Shown one piece after another: positions 9,678-17,880 of a stretch of 64,000 bases of DNA. Location of the stretch: the NCBI GenBank assembly GCA_051251915.1, contig JBPOGF010000014.1, positions 62,799 to 126,798 of the forward strand. The letters run 5' to 3'. The stretch's first letter is position 1; every line of letters starts with the position of its first letter. Under the pieces are notes generated by a model that saw only the letters and a list, made by a program, of their open reading frames with translations, was not told where the DNA came from and made no database searches. Position numbers and translations under genes: made by a program. The DNA is from Akkermansiaceae bacterium. GTDB lineage: Bacteria; Verrucomicrobiota; Verrucomicrobiia; Verrucomicrobiales; Akkermansiaceae.

Positions 9678-11516
9678 TTATAGCTGGGTGAACTTTAGTA
9701 TGCGCTGGATCAGTCTGGTGCCTCCTGTTTTATTGATGAAGCTGTGGATTCCTTCGTTAGCGAGGGTTTTCTTACCTTGTCTTAGTCTCGCCATGGCTAG
9801 GGTGTATTGGGCTCGTTCCTTTGTGGAGTCTATTTTTAGGGCTTCTTGGGCGGCTTTCTCAGCCAAGGGGTATTCACGATTTTTGAGGAGCAGGACGGCA
9901 AGCATGAGGCGTGGTTGGATCCATTGTGGGTTTTGTGAGATTAGTTTATTGTAGATAATCTTCGCCATTTTGAACTCTCCAAGATCACGAAAGACGCCCG
10001 CGATTTTGAGATGTTGGTATGGGGTGGCGTGATGATTAATGTGCTTAGTTTGAAGTGTAGGGATTACTAGGTTTTGGTTGTTTGTGCGAAGATTGAGCCG
10101 AGCTGTTAGGATTTTTAATTCTATCTGGACGGTGTCACTGAACTCTACTGTTAAGCATTGAACTTTCTTGAGGTGTTGGGCTAATAGGGGGTAATTTTTT
10201 TCTGCTAAAAGACAGTAACCATAGTTGATGATTGATTTTGGGGAGTTTGGATAATCAGTATTCATTTTCTCTCCTGCGACACAGGCTTCGCTGAAGCGCT
10301 GCTGTTGGAGGAGAGAATCGAAAAATCCATGTTGTGCATTGTGCTGAATCTGTTTGACGAGGGCTGGATCAAACCGCTTCTGGTGGGATAGGATGTTGCA
10401 TGATCTGCCGTTATCCAATAGGTGATCCCAAGGGAGGGAGTGAGAGTGAGAGTGGGAGGGCTGCGCTGTGTGGCTGTTAGTTGTGTCAGGGGATGTGGTG
10501 ATGGACGGAATTGTGGAAAATAAATCGGTTCGTGGTTGGTGTGGGAAATCTTGAACAGCATGGCCTCGGAGGCTCATGATGGTGGGGGTAATGTCTAACA
10601 CATGAGCACCGTGGATGACTCTTCCCTCGATGAGGTTGCTTCCTTGTATCGCCCAGATTCCTGTGCCTTGTGGAGCGTGAGTAAGTGCTGATTGAACAGA
10701 GTATGAACTGAGTATGTGAGCAGTGACTTCTTCAGGTAATTTCGAGAGCAATATGCCTAGAAGCTGGTCAAGTATGGTGTATATTTTGTCTCTATGCTTG
10801 GCTTCTAGTGCGGAGTGATTAATGAGCGTGGAGGCTTCTAATAGACCAGGGTATGAAATGAAGCTGACATCCCATTGTTGGTGTTCAAGCATGTAGAGGC
10901 TGGCTGCATGGATGGAATAAATTTGTGCTATGAGTAGACGGATCTGTTGATATTTGCTCTGAGATTCTTTGTCTTGTTGGAGTTCTGTTAGATTGATCCC
11001 TAAGAACTCACAGAGTAGCTGGTCATTAATCTCAGTGTGCTGGATTCTGGAGCGATTGAGAGCTTGGTGGAATTCTTCATTTACTGATGATGAAAGACTA
11101 TCGAGCGGTGTGCAGTGTAGGTAGCGAAGGTGGCCATTCCAACTGAATCTATCAGAAATGACAGCGGCGTTAGATGTGGCGGGGTGGGTGAGTGGCCAAT
11201 TTATGGTTAAACATTGGTCTCCATAATTGGTGAGAGTTTGCCAGATGGGTTTCCAGTCAGATGAGAGAACTTCTGAGACTAAGCCGTTGTTTGCTTTTAG
11301 ATTACTGAAGATATGATGATCACATGGGGGGGATCCGATAGCAATACTGGTGGCACCAGTGATGGCAGAGATAGGCTCTACGCTGGTGAGTCTGCCGGCG
11401 GTTCCGTTGCTACAAAATGCTTGAAAATTAGGGAGTTTTCCTAACTTGATGAGACGTTCTATATCGACCCAACTGGCAGTTTCCCAAAGTAGAACGAGTT
11501 GTTTATGTGGCTTCAT
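9678..11516 (-). CDS. Alkaline phosphatase/nucleotide pyrophosphatase-superfamily domain (degenerate) fused to C-terminal TPRs
   Basis: LIKLGKLPNF...G.AGRLTS.EP, INWPLTHP and LDITPTI match the phosphodiesterase-like fold; TPR helices at the C-terminus. Confidence 0.65.
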   Translation of the reverse strand: MKPHKQLVLLWETASWVDIERLIKLGKLPNFQAFCSNGTAGRLTSVEPISAITGATSIAIGSPPCDHHIFSNLKANNGLVSEVLSSDWKPIWQTLTNYGDQCLTINWPLTHPATSNAAVISDRFSWNGHLRYLHCTPLDSLSSSVNEEFHQALNRSRIQHTEINDQLLCEFLGINLTELQQDKESQSKYQQIRLLIAQIYSIHAASLYMLEHQQWDVSFISYPGLLEASTLINHSALEAKHRDKIYTILDQLLGILLSKLPEEVTAHILSSYSVQSALTHAPQGTGIWAIQGSNLIEGRVIHGAHVLDITPTIMSLRGHAVQDFPHQPRTDLFSTIPSITTSPDTTNSHTAQPSHSHSHSLPWDHLLDNGRSCNILSHQKRFDPALVKQIQHNAQHGFFDSLLQQQRFSEACVAGEKMNTDYPNSPKSIINYGYCLLAEKNYPLLAQHLKKVQCLTVEFSDTVQIELKILTARLNLRTNNQNLVIPTLQTKHINHHATPYQHLKIAGVFRDLGEFKMAKIIYNKLISQNPQWIQPRLMLAVLLLKNREYPLAEKAAQEALKIDSTKERAQYTLAMARLRQGKKTLANEGIHSFINKTGGTRLIQRILKFTQL

Positions 11517-11589
11517 AAAGCAGAACAGCTACCAATCTGATGATTGATAGCTGTGGGAGGAAATTGGTTATGTCGTTGAAGGTGTGCAA

Positions 11590-12240
11590 TTAACTGGCTT
11601 GTCTGCGGCGGTGAGTGGCAATGCCAAGGACGCCGAGGGAAAGCAGGGCTAGTGAGCTCGGCTCAGGAACTACTGTGATAGCGGTATCAGCAGAATTCTC
11701 TGTTCCGCCAGATTTAAGAATGAGGCTACCTCTATCAGCATTGAGGAAACCATAGTATTCTTCTCCGCCTGATTGTTTGATAAATCCGATGGCGGTGTTT
11801 GCTTTAGAAAAATCATATTCAGCCCCTTCAGCCGTTAGCTCAGTGATTACTAAAAACGGATCACCGAGAAACGAATCACTACCATCAAGGACATCACCTT
11901 GTTTATAAGCTGTTGCAAGTTTCTGTGATCCGAAGGTATCACCAGCTCCGCCAGCATAGGATGTCCCGAAAAACTCACCTCCGAATACGAGGTAGCCTGA
12001 CTGGAGAGAATCAATAATATATCCTTCATTTTCACCAGCAATCGTCGATATGCTGTAATCGTGAACACCAACGGTCTCGGTTAATGAAATGGAGGCAGTT
12101 TCAAAATCGTAAAAGGCAGTATTAATACCACCTAGGCTGAGTGTTATGTCTGCGAAATCGTTGAAAACCACGGAGCCTTGTGATTGTGTGGCAGCGAGTC
12201 CAGTAGAACACAATGATATGATAGATAGTTTTTTGTTCAT
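11590..12240 (-). CDS. PEP-CTERM sorting-signal surface protein
   Basis: Signal peptide MNKKLSII...; C-terminal VPEPSSLALLSLGVLGIATHRRR. Confidence 0.92.
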   Translation of the reverse strand: MNKKLSIISLCSTGLAATQSQGSVVFNDFADITLSLGGINTAFYDFETASISLTETVGVHDYSISTIAGENEGYIIDSLQSGYLVFGGEFFGTSYAGGAGDTFGSQKLATAYKQGDVLDGSDSFLGDPFLVITELTAEGAEYDFSKANTAIGFIKQSGGEEYYGFLNADRGSLILKSGGTENSADTAITVVPEPSSLALLSLGVLGIATHRRRQAS

Positions 12241-12305
12241 ACTATGTACATTAATAAATAAAATGAACACTTGTCAAGAGGTTTTGAAACTAGCAGAGTT
12301 ATATC

Positions 12306-12968
12306 ATGCATGTGACTACTAATGAGAGTAAGAAAAGGGCGATACTTTGCATGTTCTCTGGAGGGTTAGATTCGCTTGGCGTTCTTTATAGGTTGTTAAC
12401 AGATACTAAGTTTGATGACTATCAGATACATGTGCATCATATGCATTTACTAAATGTGGAGGAAAGAGCAGAAGCTGAGGGGCAAGCAGTAGAGCGCGTC
12501 TTGCCTCTCATCCAGGAGCTGACTGGAAAGACTGTCCGATTTACTGAAAATGTGATGGAATACCGGTTTCTTAAAAGTAGGTTTATCTGGGATATGGATC
12601 TAGCGGCATTCATGAGTGCGAATATTGTTAGAGAGTATCAAGATATTGAGATGGTGGCGATGGGGCGGACGAAAACTGATATTGAGGATGGGTCAGAGGA
12701 TTTTTTTAAGCGTATGGAGAGAGCTCAGAAGCTGTATGAGGTGACACTTTCACTTGAGGAGGGATTTGAAATTCCGGAAAGGGTTTTTCCAGTATTGGAT
12801 CTAACTAAAGCGGACATTTTTGCGATGTTGCCATCTGAGTTGCGTGTTCTTGCATGGTCATGCAGGCAGCCAGTGTATCTGGATGACGAACCTTCAGTGA
12901 GGTGTGGTGCATGTCATACTTGTCAGGATTTAGAGCGTATGGAGGCGGAGCTAGAAAACAGCCATTAA
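12306..12968 (+). CDS. QueC-like PP-loop ATPase
   Basis: FSGGLDS PP-loop; C-terminal WSC...CGACHTC zinc cluster; the middle region diverges from canonical QueC. Confidence 0.75.
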   Translation: MHVTTNESKKRAILCMFSGGLDSLGVLYRLLTDTKFDDYQIHVHHMHLLNVEERAEAEGQAVERVLPLIQELTGKTVRFTENVMEYRFLKSRFIWDMDLAAFMSANIVREYQDIEMVAMGRTKTDIEDGSEDFFKRMERAQKLYEVTLSLEEGFEIPERVFPVLDLTKADIFAMLPSELRVLAWSCRQPVYLDDEPSVRCGACHTCQDLERMEAELENSH

Positions 12969-12975
12969 TAAGATT

Positions 12976-13695
12976 GTGGAATACAAAGATATATTTAACC
13001 ACCGGGGTGATGCGTATCATGAAGCGATGCAGCTGTGCCCTGATGCTAGGAGGGAGGAGTTTCTTATTCCGCTACGTTTGTTGGATTTGAAGCCTGATGC
13101 TGTGATTTATGATTTTCCATCGGGTGGCTGTTATGTGAGGCAGTTTTTACCTAAAGAGCTGTTGTCTGTGCGGGTGAATGCGCTGGAGGTAAGTTCTGAG
13201 TTTGCATCGAATCGTGAGCAATGCTTGCTTGCTAGTTGGGTGGACTTGCCTATTCAAAGTAGTTCCGCAGATGGAATTTTGTCGCTGGCTGCGCTTCATC
13301 ATACGGGGCAGCGGGCGGGGTTTTATTCTGAGGCTTATCGAGCGCTGAAGGTAGGTGGGCGATTTGTGATAGGAGATGTGGAGAAGGGGACTGCGCAAGA
13401 TAGCTTCTTAAATGGGTTTGTGAATGAGTTTAACTCTATGGGGCATGACGGAGATTTCCTTGTGCCGGGGGTTGAGGAAGAGCGGTTGTTGAGAGCGGGA
13501 TTCTCGGTTACTGAGAATGGAAGGTATTCTTATTTGTGGGAGTTTGATAGTGAAGAGAAAATGATTTCGTTTTGCCGAGGGTTGTTTGGATTAGACTTGG
13601 CGAGCGACGCAGAGATCATGCAGGGAGTAGAGCCCCTTCTCACCGCGGCGCATTCTATGCAGTGGTCGCTACGGTTCATTCGGGGGGTGAAATAG
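12976..13695 (+). CDS. Class I SAM-dependent methyltransferase
   Basis: YDFPSGGCY motif-I variant; LPIQSSSADGILSLAALHH; YRALKVGGRFVI. Confidence 0.8.
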   Translation: MEYKDIFNHRGDAYHEAMQLCPDARREEFLIPLRLLDLKPDAVIYDFPSGGCYVRQFLPKELLSVRVNALEVSSEFASNREQCLLASWVDLPIQSSSADGILSLAALHHTGQRAGFYSEAYRALKVGGRFVIGDVEKGTAQDSFLNGFVNEFNSMGHDGDFLVPGVEEERLLRAGFSVTENGRYSYLWEFDSEEKMISFCRGLFGLDLASDAEIMQGVEPLLTAAHSMQWSLRFIRGVK

Positions 13696-13715
13696 GGAGG
13701 GCTGGAGGTAAGTTT

Positions 13716-14267
13716 TTATTGTTTATCTTTATCTTCGGCTGGTTTGTCCGGGACGAATTTTAGGACGATGCCGTTGATGCAGTAGCGTTGGTCGGTTGGG
13801 GTGTTGAAGCCTTCGCCTTTGAAGAGGTGGCCGAGGTGGGCATCGCATTTGGCGCAGTTTACTTCGGTGCGGATGGAGCCTAGTGAGCGGTCTTCTTTGG
13901 TGGTGACGTTTTGGTTGTTGGCGGGGTCGTAGAATGATGGCCAGCCGCAGCGAGCGTCAAATTTTTCTTTGGAGGTGAAGAGTTTGGAACCGCAGGCTAC
14001 GCAGTGGTAGGCGCCTGCGCCTTGTTGTTTGAATTGTTTGTAGACTTCGCCATTTGGGAGTTCGGTGCCGGATTTTCTGGCGACTCTGAATTGTTCAGCG
14101 GTGAGTAATTTTTTCCACTCGGCTTCAGTTTTTTCTACTTTTTCGGTAGGTTCTTGTGGTGCTTTGTCTGATGTTTCCATAGGATTATTTTTGGCTTCTT
14201 TAGCTTGGCATGATGTTAGTGATGCGGCGAGTATGAGGGTGCTTATAATGTGATTTAGTTTTCTCAT
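13716..14267 (-). CDS. msrB: Exported peptide-methionine (R)-S-oxide reductase
   Basis: GTE, CVAC, CGWPSFY, CAKCDAHLGHLF and RYCING motifs; lipoprotein-type leader (LTSC). Confidence 0.93.
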   Translation of the reverse strand: MRKLNHIISTLILAASLTSCQAKEAKNNPMETSDKAPQEPTEKVEKTEAEWKKLLTAEQFRVARKSGTELPNGEVYKQFKQQGAGAYHCVACGSKLFTSKEKFDARCGWPSFYDPANNQNVTTKEDRSLGSIRTEVNCAKCDAHLGHLFKGEGFNTPTDQRYCINGIVLKFVPDKPAEDKDKQ

Positions 14268-14372
14268 GGGGATAGTTTAGAGTGAACAATGAGGTACCTT
14301 ATTCTACATTTTTGAAGATGCAAACCATCAAATGCTTGAAGCATCATAGGGTTGTGGATAGGGTGTATTTAG

Positions 14373-16097
14373 ATGATGAATTTTGGAAGTTTTGATGTAT
14401 TAGCTGCTGGTGGGGCTGTGCCGCCTATTTTTGTGCTGTTAACGTTGGTGTTGAGTTCGGTGGTGGTGGTTTCTTTGGTGTGTGCGCAGTTGAAGCAGTC
14501 GTTGTTGGTGGGGTATTTTGTTTGTGGGTTGATTTTGTCTAACAGTGGGATTCTGGATTGGGCTGGGGTTGGGGATATTGCTTTGGTTCAGGATTTGTCG
14601 GAGATTGGTATTGTGTTGTTGTTGTTTACTTTGGGGATAGAATTTTCTGTTAAAGAGTTGAAGGCATTGCGGAGGCCTGCTTTGTTGGGTGGAGGAGTGC
14701 AGGTGGGGTTGTGTATCTTGGTAGCGATGGGGGTGGGTATGATGTGTGGTTTGGAGTGGCGGGCGTCGCTTTTGTTAGGCTTTATGGTTTGTTTGTCATC
14801 TACGGCGGTGAGTTTGAAGACGTTTCAGGACTTGGGCTTGCCGGAGAGTCCGCAGGCTAGGGTAACTTTAGGGATGGCGTTGTTTCAGGATTTGATGACG
14901 ATTTTGTTTATGGTGTTGTTGCCGGTTATAGTGAGTGATTCTAGTGACTCTGGGAGTGATTTATTTTATGCTTTAATTAAGGGGGTAGGGTTTACGGTTT
15001 TTCTGGTGGTGATCAGTAGGTTTGGATTGCCGCAGATGTTGGATGCGGTGGCTAAGTCTCGTAGTCGGGAGCTGTTTACTGTTACGGTGATAGGGTTGTG
15101 TGCGGCGGTGGCGTTGTTGAGTGGGGTGTTGGGGTTGAGTCCTGCGCTGGGGGCATTTGCGGCTGGTGTGGTGGTGAGTGAGTCGATTTATTCTCATCGG
15201 GTTCTTTCGGATATTTTGCCTTTTAAGGATCTGTTTCTGACTATCTTTTTTGTATCGGTAGGGTTGTTGATTGATTTGGATTTGGTGATGAAGGAATGGG
15301 TGTGGGTGTTGACTATCTCAGCTGCGCTTGTTTTGTTGAAGGGCGGGGTGGTTTACTTTGCTGCGAGGTTGTCTGGATTGCAAAGTTCTAGGAGTTTGGT
15401 GGTGGCTGCGGCGTTGTGTAGTATGGGGGAATTTTCAATTGTGGTGTTGAATAGGTCGATGGAGTTGAAGGTGTTTGATGTGAGGGTGGAGCAGCTTATT
15501 TTAGCGAGTACGGCGTTGAGTATGGCACTGGTACCGACGTTAATGAAGCTGGGGGTGGTTTATTCTAGAAAGCGGAGTGATAGAAATGTAAAGTCTAAGC
15601 GAGGGAAGAAGGAGAGCATTTGGGAAAGCGAGATTGGGATGATTGGTCAGATAGAGCATATTCATGACCATGTGATTATTTGTGGGTATGGTCCTGTGGG
15701 GCAGAATTTGCATAAGAATTTGCAGTCAATGCATATTCCGGTGGTGATTTTGGAGATGAATCCGGAGACGGTGAAGAAGCTGATAGGTGAAGGGCATTTT
15801 GCATTGTTTGCGGATGCACGGGATCGGGAGGGGCTGATGGTTGCTAGGGTGGAGCATGCGAGGGGGCTGGCGGTGACGTTTCCTGATAAACCTATTTCAC
15901 TTGCTATTGTGCATACGGCGAGGGAGATGAATGAATCGTTGTTGTTGTATGTGAGGTGTAAGTTTAAAGCGGATTTGAAGGATTTTGAGGGAGCGAGGAT
16001 TGACCATGTGTTGCTGGATGAGGAGCAGAGTGGGCGGGCGATGATCAAGAGGGTGATGCTGAGTTATTCTAAGGAGTTTGATGAGAGCTGGATGTGA
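14373..16097 (+). CDS. CPA2 cation:proton antiporter with TrkA-N (RCK) domain, KefC-like
   Basis: LLFTLGIEFS, LSSTAV, LFQD and LGAFAAG motifs; HVIICGYGPVG RCK domain. Confidence 0.88.
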   Translation: MMNFGSFDVLAAGGAVPPIFVLLTLVLSSVVVVSLVCAQLKQSLLVGYFVCGLILSNSGILDWAGVGDIALVQDLSEIGIVLLLFTLGIEFSVKELKALRRPALLGGGVQVGLCILVAMGVGMMCGLEWRASLLLGFMVCLSSTAVSLKTFQDLGLPESPQARVTLGMALFQDLMTILFMVLLPVIVSDSSDSGSDLFYALIKGVGFTVFLVVISRFGLPQMLDAVAKSRSRELFTVTVIGLCAAVALLSGVLGLSPALGAFAAGVVVSESIYSHRVLSDILPFKDLFLTIFFVSVGLLIDLDLVMKEWVWVLTISAALVLLKGGVVYFAARLSGLQSSRSLVVAAALCSMGEFSIVVLNRSMELKVFDVRVEQLILASTALSMALVPTLMKLGVVYSRKRSDRNVKSKRGKKESIWESEIGMIGQIEHIHDHVIICGYGPVGQNLHKNLQSMHIPVVILEMNPETVKKLIGEGHFALFADARDREGLMVARVEHARGLAVTFPDKPISLAIVHTAREMNESLLLYVRCKFKADLKDFEGARIDHVLLDEEQSGRAMIKRVMLSYSKEFDESWM

Positions 16098-16175
16098 TGG
16101 TGGACGGTCGTTGATGCTTTCAATCGCAAGCTATCAAATTCATAGCATCTCAGATTAGGTAAAGTGAAAAAAAAA

Positions 16176-16202
16176 GTGTCACATCTCTAGAGTGAAACAA
16201 TA
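16176..16202 (+). promoter_or_regulatory. Candidate ECF-sigma promoter GTGTCA-N14-AACAATA (copy 1)
   Basis: Same bipartite motif with the same spacing recurs at 17821-17847. Confidence 0.55.
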
Positions 16203-16255
16203 CTCATGAGTAACGCCGATGTTATTATGAGTGTTCAAATAAACTACTTAATCAT

Positions 16256-17815
16256 ATGCTAATCATAAGAAATATCCGAATTATCATCGCGTTCCTTACG
16301 TTACTAGTTTGCGCTCAAATAACGACTGCGCAGGCTAAGCCCAATATAATTTTCATTTTTTCCGATGACCACCGCTATGACCTACTAGGCTCTGTGAATC
16401 AGCATGTCACCACACCCTATCTAGACAAGCTAGCGGAGACTGCTGTTCGCTTTGAGCATGCCTACGTTACTACGGCCATCTGCTCACCTTCGCGTGCCGC
16501 CAGTCTTTCTGGTCGGTATGGTTCACGTAACGGCGTTTCGACGCTCGGAGGGCGACTGAATTTTCCTAAAGCCACTTTCGTCAACGAGCTAGCAACTGCT
16601 GGTTACAGGACTATCCATGTAGGGAAATGGCATCTTGGGACTAGCCCTGCCTCAGCGGGTTTCCAGCAATTCGCTAGTATTTATGGCAATGGCGATTGGT
16701 TCAGGCGTAGTATAAAATCCAATATCCCAGGTATGGCTAAACATCTTAACGGCAGATTTTACGAAACAGTCATGGCTGATGTTGTGATCAATCAGATTAC
16801 TGACCATACCACCAAACACCCTGACCAACCTTTCTTCCTTTGGTGGTGTAATCAAGTCCCACACGTAGATAACAAGCATAAATACCCAGACGTAAAAAAA
16901 GATTCCGAGAATAAAATTAGGCACAAGCCTTTGGATGGAGTCGGAGGATATCATGCAGATTATAATGTAGCAGAAATGGCCATCCCAGCCAGCTGGTCAG
17001 ACGACCTCAAGACCAAGCCATCTTACCTAAGATCTTCTCGTTTTATTACTAAATCATTCATCTCGAACTACGGTGGCATCGGTGGCTATAGCAATCCAGC
17101 CAAGGGGGTTCGTAATTCTACACTCGGGCAAGACAATGTGCAGCAGCACCAACTCGAATACAATGCAGCCATCACCGCCCTAGATGCTGAGATAGGTCGT
17201 GTCCTGGCCTGTTTAGATGACCCAAATGACGACGGTAACACCAACGACTCGATTATTGACAACACTTGGATCATCTTCATGGGCGACAACGGCTGGCAAA
17301 CAGGAAGCCATAAATTCACCTCCAAGGTTCTCCCATACGAAGAGTCGATCCGTGTACCTCTCCTCATTAAAGCTCCTGGTGTCAACCCACGAGTGGAAAG
17401 TAAATTAGCTCTCAATATCGACCTCCCTGCTACATTCTTCCAGGTCGCTGGTCTACCTATCCCTTCCCACTTGCATGGTCGCAGTCTCAAGCCGCTGCTA
17501 GAAAATACAGGCATCGCGTGGCGCGAAAGCGTCTATATTGAGTCTATAAAAGCAGAGGCCAGTCTAGGAGCTAAACCACATGACGCCATCAGAACAGCTC
17601 ACTACAAATACATTCGTAACTATAACACCGAATCCGATGCATTAGCAAATACGGGTATCAACTTCGAAGAACTTTACGACCTTACCAAAGACCCCATCGA
17701 AATGATCAATCTCGCGAAAAATCCTTCCTACAACGGCATCAAAGCGAAACTTACCAAGCGACTCGAAGCCCTGAAAGCTGACATTTCAAGTTCACTAGAT
17801 CCGAAAACACCATGA
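16256..17815 (+). CDS. Secreted formylglycine-dependent (S1) sulfatase
   Basis: KPNIIFIFSDD, CSPSRASLSG-type CxPxR motif, GKWHL, GDNG, YEESIRVPL, ELYDL. Confidence 0.93.
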   Translation: MLIIRNIRIIIAFLTLLVCAQITTAQAKPNIIFIFSDDHRYDLLGSVNQHVTTPYLDKLAETAVRFEHAYVTTAICSPSRAASLSGRYGSRNGVSTLGGRLNFPKATFVNELATAGYRTIHVGKWHLGTSPASAGFQQFASIYGNGDWFRRSIKSNIPGMAKHLNGRFYETVMADVVINQITDHTTKHPDQPFFLWWCNQVPHVDNKHKYPDVKKDSENKIRHKPLDGVGGYHADYNVAEMAIPASWSDDLKTKPSYLRSSRFITKSFISNYGGIGGYSNPAKGVRNSTLGQDNVQQHQLEYNAAITALDAEIGRVLACLDDPNDDGNTNDSIIDNTWIIFMGDNGWQTGSHKFTSKVLPYEESIRVPLLIKAPGVNPRVESKLALNIDLPATFFQVAGLPIPSHLHGRSLKPLLENTGIAWRESVYIESIKAEASLGAKPHDAIRTAHYKYIRNYNTESDALANTGINFEELYDLTKDPIEMINLAKNPSYNGIKAKLTKRLEALKADISSSLDPKTP

Positions 17816-17820
17816 AAAAT

Positions 17821-17847
17821 GTGTCATCTGTTAAATACAGAACAATA
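17821..17847 (+). promoter_or_regulatory. Candidate ECF-sigma promoter GTGTCA-N14-AACAATA (copy 2)
   Basis: Matches 16176-16202; lies 33 bp upstream of the 17881 ORF. Confidence 0.55.
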
Positions 17848-17880
17848 TTAGGTAATTACTTATTCAAACAATAATCTAAA

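Noticed and set aside
12306..12968. Canonical queC, or a Dpd/Qat defence system
   Set aside because: Only the PP-loop and zinc motifs match, and none of the expected partner genes is adjacent, so the gene symbol is withheld.
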